Origin: a virus
Taxonomy: Duplodnaviria; Heunggongvirae; Uroviricota; Caudoviricetes
IMG/VR virus record: IMGVR_UViG_2671181118_000006
DNA length: 31,778 bases
Reading direction: 5' to 3' (one strand)
The notes under the pieces are model-generated. The model was given only the letters and a program-made list of their open reading frames with translations. It had not been told where the DNA came from and made no database searches. Below are positions 18,362 to 25,894 of the stretch, one piece after another. The stretch's first letter is position 1. Every line of letters begins with the position of its first letter. A program made the position numbers and the translations under genes.

Positions 18362-19216
18362 TCAGCAGTTCGTCATCAGGGCGTCACCGCCACCACCGGT
18401 GGCCTTGCTGCGGCGCTGCTGGGTCAGACTTTCGGTGTGGTCGAGACTGTTTTTCAGGCGGGTGAATGCCTGGCTGGTTTCATCCGCCCTGTCAGTCACA
18501 TCCTGCTTAAGTGCGGAAAAAGCGGTTTCCATCTCAGCGAGGCGCTGCTCAGTGGCGCTCAGTTTTTCCTGCACATGTTCAGCAACAGCGGTCACCGCTT
18601 CATGCACGTCATTCAGACGGGCGTCATCGCTGGCCTGTTTGCGGCCAAAAATGGACTTCACCTTTTCGGTCAGGGCGGTGAACACGGTTTCAGGCAGGTC
18701 TTCAAATTCCAGCTCAACGGGCGTTGCCACTGAAATCAGGTTTTCAGGGCTTAATTTGAAGCGGTTCAGGGGGTTGTGTTTTGCCGTGCGGCAGAATTCC
18801 AGGTATTCCGTGCCGAGGCTTGCCGGGTCATCGGTGACGGCCAGACCCACCAGATAACATTTGCCGGTATTGGCAAAGTTCGGCTGAATTTCCATTGAGG
18901 TATAGACCTTCTGCGCGGCCTTGTTCATCGCGATAAGGTCATCGGTCGGGGTGATTTTCGCAAACAGCGCCCATTTGCCTTTCAGCGCCGAATCATCGTC
19001 AATCTTTTCGGCCTTCAGTTCGGCCACATCGCCATAACGCTTAAAAATACCGTCAGGCAGGATGCCGCGCAGATGTTCCAGGTTAATGCGGCAACCATAG
19101 ACTCGCGGGTCAAAGGTTTCGGCCATTTCCTGAATATCCTGCGCACTGATGACACGCCCGTCACAGGTGTCACCCTCTACGCCGATACGAAAGAATTTTG
19201 AGACTTTTTTTGCCAT
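18362..19216 (-). CDS. O: capsid scaffolding protein O
   Basis: 284 aa from the ATG at 19214-19216 (MAKKVSKFFRIGVEGDT...), same length as P2 gpO. Confidence 0.9.
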   Translation of the reverse strand: MAKKVSKFFRIGVEGDTCDGRVISAQDIQEMAETFDPRVYGCRINLEHLRGILPDGIFKRYGDVAELKAEKIDDDSALKGKWALFAKITPTDDLIAMNKAAQKVYTSMEIQPNFANTGKCYLVGLAVTDDPASLGTEYLEFCRTAKHNPLNRFKLSPENLISVATPVELEFEDLPETVFTALTEKVKSIFGRKQASDDARLNDVHEAVTAVAEHVQEKLSATEQRLAEMETAFSALKQDVTDRADETSQAFTRLKNSLDHTESLTQQRRSKATGGGGDALMTNC

Positions 19217-19389
19217 TGTCAGGAGTCCTGAATAGTGATTAGAGGAGTCACATGTCGGCATCAGTTTCCCGACGATGCGCATCCTCCGCCATCAGTCCCG
19301 GATGGCTTATCACTGACACAACAGCACCTTAGCGAATCGCGGGGCGCGACTCAGTAGCCTTGCCGTGTATTCATCACGGCGAGGTATTC

Positions 19390-21162
19390 ATGACCATCAC
19401 CACAGACACCACTCTTTTACACGACCCGCGTCGTCAGGCGGCGCTGCTGTACTGGCAGGGGTTTTCCGTGCCGCAGATTGCCGCCATGTTGCAGATGAAA
19501 CGCCCGACGGTGCAGAGCTGGAAACAGCGCGACGGCTGGGACAGCGTTGCCCCCATCAGCCGTGTCGAAATGAGTCTGGAAGCGCGGCTGACCCAGCTCA
19601 TCATCAAACCGCAGAAAACCGGCGGTGACTTCAAGGAAATTGATCTGCTCGGACGCCAGATTGAACGACTGGCACGGGTCAACCGTTACAGTCAGACCGG
19701 CAACGAGGCAGACCTTAATCCGAACGTCGCTAACCGCAACAAAGGCGGGCGTCGCAAACCGAAAAAGAATTTTTTCAGTGACGAGGCCATCGAAAAGCTG
19801 GAGCAGATTTTCTTTGAGCAGTCTTTCGACTATCAGTTGCACTGGTATCGCGCCGGGCTTGAGCACCGCATCCGCGATATCCTGAAATCCCGCCAGATTG
19901 GCGCGACGTTTTATTTTTCCCGCGAGGCGCTGCTGCGCGCCCTGAAAACCGGCCATAACCAGATTTTTCTGTCGGCCAGTAAAACGCAGGCGTATGTGTT
20001 CCGCGAATACATCATCGCCTTTGCCCGTCTGGTTGACGTTGACCTGACCGGTGACCCGATTGTCCTGGGCAATAACGGCGCAAAACTGATTTTTCTCGGC
20101 ACCAACTCCAACACCGCACAGAGCCATAACGGTGACCTGTACGTCGACGAGATTTTCTGGATCCCGAATTTTCAGGTACTGCGTAAGGTGGCATCAGGTA
20201 TGGCCTCACAGAGTCACCTGCGCTCTACCTATTTCTCCACCCCGTCCACGCTGGCGCACGACGCCTACCCGTTCTGGTCGGGTGAACTGTTCAACCGGGG
20301 ACGCGCCAGCGCCGCCGAACGTGTGGAAATCGACGTCAGTCATAACGCCCTTGCCGGTGGGCTTCTCTGTGCGGACGGCCAGTGGCGGCAGATTGTCACC
20401 ATTGAGGACGCCCTGAAAGGTGGCTGCACGCTGTTCGACATTGAGCAGCTTAAACGCGAAAACAGCGCCGACGATTTTAAAAACCTGTTCATGTGTGAAT
20501 TTGTTGACGACAAGGCGTCGGTGTTCCCGTTCGAGGAGCTGCAACGCTGCATGGTCGACACGCTGGAAGAATGGGAAGACTATGCGCCGTTTGCCGCGAA
20601 TCCGTTCGGCTCCCGCCCGGTCTGGATTGGTTACGACCCGTCACACCGTGGCGACAGCGCCGGATGCGTGGTACTGGCACCGCCGGTAGTGGCCGGAGGC
20701 AAATTCAGAATACTTGAGCGTCACCAGTGGAAAGGCATGGACTTTGCCACCCAGGCTGAATCCATCCGCAAACTCACCGAAAAATATAACGTCGAATACA
20801 TCGGTATTGATGCCACCGGCCTCGGTGTCGGCGTGTTCCAGCTCGTGCGCTCGTTCTATCCCGCCGCGCGCGATATCCGCTACACACCGGAAATGAAAAC
20901 CGCAATGGTGCTCAAGGCAAAAGACGTTATCCGTCGTGGCTGTCTGGAATATGACGTCAGCGCCACCGACATCACCAGCTCGTTTATGGCTATCCGCAAG
21001 ACCATGACCAGCAGCGGACGCAGCGCCACCTATGAGGCCAGCCGCAGCGAGGAAGCCAGCCACGCCGACCTCGCCTGGGCGACCATGCACGCCCTGTTAA
21101 ATGAGCCACTCACCGCCGGTATCAGCACCCCGCTGACATCCACCATTCTGGAGTTTTACTGA
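19390..21162 (+). CDS. P: terminase large (ATPase) subunit P
   Basis: 590 aa from the ATG at 19390, which is preceded by GAGG; same length as P2 gpP; divergent from O. Confidence 0.9.
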   Translation: MTITTDTTLLHDPRRQAALLYWQGFSVPQIAAMLQMKRPTVQSWKQRDGWDSVAPISRVEMSLEARLTQLIIKPQKTGGDFKEIDLLGRQIERLARVNRYSQTGNEADLNPNVANRNKGGRRKPKKNFFSDEAIEKLEQIFFEQSFDYQLHWYRAGLEHRIRDILKSRQIGATFYFSREALLRALKTGHNQIFLSASKTQAYVFREYIIAFARLVDVDLTGDPIVLGNNGAKLIFLGTNSNTAQSHNGDLYVDEIFWIPNFQVLRKVASGMASQSHLRSTYFSTPSTLAHDAYPFWSGELFNRGRASAAERVEIDVSHNALAGGLLCADGQWRQIVTIEDALKGGCTLFDIEQLKRENSADDFKNLFMCEFVDDKASVFPFEELQRCMVDTLEEWEDYAPFAANPFGSRPVWIGYDPSHRGDSAGCVVLAPPVVAGGKFRILERHQWKGMDFATQAESIRKLTEKYNVEYIGIDATGLGVGVFQLVRSFYPAARDIRYTPEMKTAMVLKAKDVIRRGCLEYDVSATDITSSFMAIRKTMTSSGRSATYEASRSEEASHADLAWATMHALLNEPLTAGISTPLTSTILEFY

Positions 21163-22196
21163 TGAGCAAGAAAAAAGGGAAAACACCGCAACCTGCGGCA
21201 AAAAAAATGACTGCCAGCGCCCCGAAAATGGAGGCATTCACCTTTGGTGAGCCGGTGCCGGTACTCGACCGCCGTGACATTCTGGATTACGTCGAGTGCA
21301 TCAGTAACGACAGATGGTATGAGCCACCGGTCAGCTTTACCGGTCTGGCAAAAAGCCTGCGTGCTGCCGTACATCACAGCTCACCGATTTACGTCAAACG
21401 CAATATTCTGGCTTCAACGTTTATTCCGCACCCGTGGCTTTCCCAGCAGGATTTCAGCCGCTTTGTGCTGGATTTTCTGGTGTTCGGTAATGCGTTTCTG
21501 GAAAAGCGATACAGCACCACCGGTAAGGTCATCAGACTGGAAACCTCACCGGCAAAATATACCCGCCGTGGCGTGGAGGAGGATGTTTACTGGTGGGTGC
21601 CGTCCTTCAACGAGCCGACAGCCTTCGCGCCCGGCTCCGTGTTTCATCTGCTGGAGCCGGATATTAATCAGGAGCTGTACGGCCTGCCGGAATATCTCAG
21701 CGCCCTTAACTCTGCCTGGCTGAATGAGTCGGCCACGCTGTTTCGCCGCAAGTATTACGAAAACGGCGCACATGCCGGATACATCATGTACGTCACTGAT
21801 GCCGTACAGGATCGCAACGATATCGAAATGCTCCGCGAAAACATGGTGAAGTCGAAAGGCCGCAACAACTTTAAAAATCTGTTTCTCTATGCCCCACAGG
21901 GGAAAGCCGACGGCATTAAAATTATCCCGCTCAGTGAAGTCGCAACGAAGGACGATTTTTTTAATATCAAAAAAGCCAGCGCCACTGATCTGCTGGACGC
22001 GCACCGCATCCCCTTTCAGTTGATGGGCGGCAAGCCGGAGAACGTCGGGTCGCTGGGTGATATTGAGAAAGTGGCAAAAGTCTTTGTCCGCAATGAGCTT
22101 ATCCCGCTACAGGACAGGATCCGCGAGATAAACGGCTGGCTCGGTCAGGAGGTCATCCGCTTTAAAAACTACTCACTGGACACTGACAACGGCTGA
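21162..22196 (+). CDS. Q: portal protein Q
   Basis: 344 aa, same length as P2 gpQ; start overlaps the P stop (TGATG). Confidence 0.9.
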   Translation: MSKKKGKTPQPAAKKMTASAPKMEAFTFGEPVPVLDRRDILDYVECISNDRWYEPPVSFTGLAKSLRAAVHHSSPIYVKRNILASTFIPHPWLSQQDFSRFVLDFLVFGNAFLEKRYSTTGKVIRLETSPAKYTRRGVEEDVYWWVPSFNEPTAFAPGSVFHLLEPDINQELYGLPEYLSALNSAWLNESATLFRRKYYENGAHAGYIMYVTDAVQDRNDIEMLRENMVKSKGRNNFKNLFLYAPQGKADGIKIIPLSEVATKDDFFNIKKASATDLLDAHRIPFQLMGGKPENVGSLGDIEKVAKVFVRNELIPLQDRIREINGWLGQEVIRFKNYSLDTDNG

Positions 22197-22201
22197 ACAT
22201 C

Positions 22202-22223
22202 GCCGCCTGCGGGCGGCTTTTTT
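22202..22223 (+). terminator. rho-independent terminator of the P-Q operon
   Basis: GCCGCC-TGCG-GGCGGC hairpin followed by TTTTTT, immediately after the Q stop. Confidence 0.8.
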
Positions 22224-22358
22224 ACAACCCGTCATCACGGCCTCACACGCTCACCACCGCACAAAACACCCCGCAGACACACCAACGCCCCGGCAGGCCG
22301 ACTAAATGCCATCACGACGCGCTCAGACGCAAAAAAACTGTCACTACCACGCCGTTAC

Positions 22359-22383
22359 GTTGGCCACATAAAATGTGGCCAAC
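22359..22383. repeat. perfect 10-bp-stem inverted repeat at the cargo boundary (putative terminator or insertion scar)
   Basis: GTTGGCCACA-taaaa-TGTGGCCAAC, 6 nt downstream of the stop of the 22389-23375 ORF on the minus strand; no adjacent T-run. Confidence 0.5.
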
Positions 22384-22388
22384 TCCAG

Positions 22389-23375
22389 TTATAATAATTT
22401 GTCCAGCCTAGCTGAAACAATACCTAGAACAACTGTTGAAACTATATTTACCACCACTCTTAAAATACTCTTCTTTCGCTTCTTACTATATTCATCATAC
22501 AACCTCTCATCACCCTTATTTAATACAATGTACGATGCTGGAGTATAACCATCAATTAATCTCTCTAGGCCTTCACCTAAATGCTCCGCTAACAATGGGA
22601 TAATAGAAAACGCACCAAGAAAGAGCATTAAAAATTTTACTAACCTTTCTTTATCACCAATATCAATATATTCACCAACATTGTACAGTGCATAACTTAA
22701 AATCAATATAGAAAAAGAAAACCGCATAATCAGTGGGATTAAATACGATATCCTTTGAGCTTGCTGTATCAATGGTATTTTGTTTGTAACTCTTTGACAT
22801 CCTTCAACCCATTCTTTAAATGCTTCGATAAAACCTCTAGCCACTACATAATCAGCATATTCAACAACTATTTCTGCTGAACTGGTGAGCATGAATGCAA
22901 CAAAACGCCCCCTAATGAAAGGTGGTGCATCTTCTTCCATTTCTTTCTGCATAGCAATTCTTGATGCTAATTTAACAGTAACTTCATAGTGGTTAGGTAA
23001 TGATGCCCCTGTCGATAAAATTGCAAAGTTATATTTTAAAATTACACTAATTGTTGGACTACTTCCCGCACTACTCGACATTGCAAACTTATCAAAAGAG
23101 GTAAACTGTTCCTTTCTATCTTTTGAATGTAAAATAGTTACCGTTTCATTTTTCGATATAATATTATGAACATCACACAATTGATTTATTTTTTGATGAA
23201 CGCTTCTTATCTCATCGATATTTATAAGTAAATTCTCAGAGGTTCTCTGCCTTATTGTTTCTGTTGTTCCCGTTATATGTTGATAAATTTGCTGATAAAT
23301 ACGAATGCTAGTATTAATATCCCGAGAAGCAGGTAACCCACTATTAATCCCATTATTTTTTTTCATTTGACTCAT
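22389..23375 (-). CDS. hypothetical protein with a soluble N-terminal domain and three C-terminal transmembrane helices (cargo; candidate phage-defence or exclusion effector)
   Basis: Roughly 328-codon ORF in AT-rich DNA, where long ORFs are unlikely by chance. ATG candidates at 23373-23375 and 23364-23366; the track start at 23378 is a TTG. Hydrophobic segments ISYLIPLIMRFSFSILILSYALY, LVKFLMLFLGAFSIIPLLA and ILRVVVNIVSTVVLGIVSA. No family recognised. Confidence 0.7.
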   Translation of the reverse strand: MSQMKKNNGINSGLPASRDINTSIRIYQQIYQHITGTTETIRQRTSENLLINIDEIRSVHQKINQLCDVHNIISKNETVTILHSKDRKEQFTSFDKFAMSSSAGSSPTISVILKYNFAILSTGASLPNHYEVTVKLASRIAMQKEMEEDAPPFIRGRFVAFMLTSSAEIVVEYADYVVARGFIEAFKEWVEGCQRVTNKIPLIQQAQRISYLIPLIMRFSFSILILSYALYNVGEYIDIGDKERLVKFLMLFLGAFSIIPLLAEHLGEGLERLIDGYTPASYIVLNKGDERLYDEYSKKRKKSILRVVVNIVSTVVLGIVSARLDKLL

Positions 23376-23637
23376 CAATTATAACACTCATTTTATTTCC
23401 TATAAAAACTTAACCAGCAAATTAAACAAAAAGAACACAAGGTTATTATTTAGCGTGCAACAACACGATTGCACAACCAAATGCCACGTGTACGAATCTA
23501 ACCATTCTCTTATATTAAATCAAGTCAATACAACCTAATAGACACATTTTTTTATCGCAGTTATACACTTGGTTAACAATATGCGGATAGTTACTCAAAT
23601 CAAATTACATATATGACAAAATGAACAATTGCGCGCA

Positions 23638-23656
23638 GTGCTTTCCCCGCCTCGCC
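23638..23656. other. cos cohesive-end site (P2-type 19-nt)
   Basis: GTGCTTTCCCCGCCTCGCC is the reverse complement of GGCGAGGCGGGGAAAGCAC, which I recall as the P2 19-nt cohesive end. Position between Q and the A-side accessory region is as expected. Confidence 0.75.
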
Positions 23657-23862
23657 CGCCCGCTTCATGGGGCGGTTTTAATGCAGTTGCATGACCACTC
23701 AACTAGCGCGCCAGTCCTGATGTCGCCAGGCAGTTATTGTTCTCTGACTTGCGTGCGCTTCGATGCAGAGTAATGCACTTCCTGAATTGCTCGCATTCGC
23801 ATCGTTATCATGATAGAAAACAGGTAGTTATTTGTGCGCAACTTAAGAAGAAATCACTAATT

Positions 23863-25407
23863 ATGAAAAAGATTTATGAATTAACTACTGGTAGAGCGCT
23901 TAAGTATTTTCTGCAGCATGATTCATACACTACTCTGGAGCTACCCAGTTATGTCGATTTTTCTTCCTTGCTTGAAGAAATCAACTCCGCGATAGATGAA
24001 GGTAAAATCAACTTCCAACCTGACTCCAAGTCATTGATGGGGAAGAATATAAATTACGAGGTTTTAGTCAGCAAAGATGGCTTATATAGCTGGCGACGAA
24101 TAACACTAATTAATCCTCTGTACTACGTGTATTTTTGTAAACTTATTACATCCTCTTCCAACTGGAATGCTATAAGGAATAAATTTAGAGAGTTTGAGTC
24201 TAATGATCTTTTTTTATGCTCAAGTATCCCAGTGAGCAAAAAGAACACCTCAAACGTAGCTGCATCTGTTTTAAACTGGTGGGAAGATTTTGAACAAAAA
24301 AGTCTTTCATTGGCTCTTGAGTATGAGTTCATGTTCAGCACAGATATTTCAAACTTCTACCCTTCTATTTACACTCATAGCTTTGAATGGGTATTCATCT
24401 CAAAAGAAGAGGCCAAAAAGAAAGAAAATAACAATAACCCAGGACGATTGATTGACACTCATATCCAGATGATGATGAGTAATCAGACAAACGGAATACC
24501 ATTGGGTAGTACGTTGATGGATACATTTGCCGAATTAATTTTAGGCGAAATTGATTTACAGCTAAGAAAAAAAACCGAAGAGCAAAAAATAACGGATTAC
24601 AAAGTAGTTCGCTACAGAGATGATTATCGAATATTTTCAAGCAGTAAAGATGATTTGGACAAAATCTCAAAGTGTTTGGTTGAGGTCTTAGGTGAGTTTG
24701 GGCTTGATTTAAACTCAAGAAAAACAGAACTACATGACGACATCATTCTTCACTCCCTTAAATCAGCAAAAAAAGAATATATTATAGAAGGGTCGTTCAA
24801 CTCCCTACAGAAAATGTTGTATGCAATATATTTATTTTCTTTAAAACATCAAAACTCCAAAATTACAGTCAGATATTTAAATGATTTCTTGCGGAAATTA
24901 TTTAGGAAGAAAAAGATCACAAATAGTGGGCATCAACTAGATGCAATGCTTGGAATTATTTCAAGCATCATGGCTAAAAACCCAACCACCTACCCAGTGG
25001 GAATGGCTATTTTCGCAAAACTCTTGACCTTCCTTTATGACGACGATGAACTCAAATTTGGCAAGTTACAACAACTTCATTGTAAACTAGGTAAACAACC
25101 AAATACTGAAATGTTAGATATTTGGTTTCAACGAGTTCAAGGGAAGATACACACACAATGGGAAGGCGATTACAAAACAGCCCTATGTCAACGCATAAAT
25201 GATGAACTCAAGGAAAAAAAAACATTTACCATTGATGGCCTGTGGGATGTAGAGTGGATTCCGGGTTCAGCCAAAAATAAAAACAAACAGAAAATACTAT
25301 CAATTTTGAAAAAAACAAAAATTGTGGATTTAGATGCATTCGAAGAAATGGATACTGATATTACACCAGAAGAAGTGAACTTATTCGACAAGGAACACAG
25401 CGCTTAA
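23863..25407 (+). CDS. reverse transcriptase, Abi-P2-like (UG/Abi class) defence-associated RT
   Basis: 514 aa from the ATG at 23863 (the track ORF begins further upstream at 23737). RT motifs readable in the translation: FSTDISNFYPSIYTHSF (motif A-like), NGIPLGSTLMDTFAELILGEID (motif B-like), VVRYRDDYRIFSS (Y-x-DD catalytic motif C), GLDLNSRKTEL (motif D/E-like). The C-terminal 200 aa or so is helical and unassigned. AT-rich; occupies the tin/old slot between cos and A. Confidence 0.85.
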   Translation: MKKIYELTTGRALKYFLQHDSYTTLELPSYVDFSSLLEEINSAIDEGKINFQPDSKSLMGKNINYEVLVSKDGLYSWRRITLINPLYYVYFCKLITSSSNWNAIRNKFREFESNDLFLCSSIPVSKKNTSNVAASVLNWWEDFEQKSLSLALEYEFMFSTDISNFYPSIYTHSFEWVFISKEEAKKKENNNNPGRLIDTHIQMMMSNQTNGIPLGSTLMDTFAELILGEIDLQLRKKTEEQKITDYKVVRYRDDYRIFSSSKDDLDKISKCLVEVLGEFGLDLNSRKTELHDDIILHSLKSAKKEYIIEGSFNSLQKMLYAIYLFSLKHQNSKITVRYLNDFLRKLFRKKKITNSGHQLDAMLGIISSIMAKNPTTYPVGMAIFAKLLTFLYDDDELKFGKLQQLHCKLGKQPNTEMLDIWFQRVQGKIHTQWEGDYKTALCQRINDELKEKKTFTIDGLWDVEWIPGSAKNKNKQKILSILKKTKIVDLDAFEEMDTDITPEEVNLFDKEHSA

Positions 25408-25508
25408 CGAAACAATGTTATTAACTCAACATGACTTCGTTAAGCATTAAAGCGAACAGTCATATGAAATTTCGACATCCCTAACGCCTCGCAAGCTCGT
25501 TGTTCAAC

Positions 25509-25551
25509 CCCGCCAGCACTGAAAGCGAGTTTCAGCGTCGGCGGGATTTTC
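25509..25551 (+). terminator. putative intrinsic terminator downstream of the RT
   Basis: Imperfect hairpin CCCGCC..CTGAAA-gcgag-TTTCAG..GGCGGG followed by ATTTTCT. Confidence 0.45.
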
Positions 25552-25572
25552 TATGGTCAACGTGGTGACAGA

Positions 25573-25833
25573 TTATGGGCACGCGTGAAGGTAGAAATAT
25601 GGACGGTTGGGATTATTTATTTCTCCCATACGGCTGCAGTTATCACTGACGATCTCAGTCCCTCCGACCAACTCGTAGAGGGTCAGATTCTCTTTGACCA
25701 TAATTTGTAAACAATAGCCATCAGCCGGAGACTCTTGCACGAGTACAATGGCGGAACCGGACGCATAGCTAGTAATGTATGCATTAGTCATAATGACATG
25801 CTTCCAAAGCAAGATTGCCACGCAGTTCCGCAT
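25573..25833 (-). CDS. small hypothetical protein downstream of A (possibly orf91-like)
   Basis: 86-aa ORF (or 72 aa from the internal ATG at 25789-25791), co-directional with and just downstream of A; no strong RBS. Weak call. Confidence 0.35.
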   Translation of the reverse strand: MRNCVAILLWKHVIMTNAYITSYASGSAIVLVQESPADGYCLQIMVKENLTLYELVGGTEIVSDNCSRMGEINNPNRPYFYLHACP

Positions 25834-25894
25834 GATCCATCAGTTGCTGATACCAACCATCAAGTGGAAGCAAAATCAACCATTTCAATCATTT

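Noticed and set aside
19417-20127. 236-aa minus-strand ORF inside the terminase gene P
   Set aside because: Antisense to the 590-aa P gene; no independent support.
23657-23862. Possible retron-like msr/msd or other ncRNA upstream of the RT
   Set aside because: I saw no long flanking inverted repeats (a1/a2-like) or extended stable stem-loops by eye, only short palindromes such as ATGCAGTTGCAT. The region is also the cos-proximal control region, and Abi-type RTs do not need a template RNA. Left as a check rather than a call.
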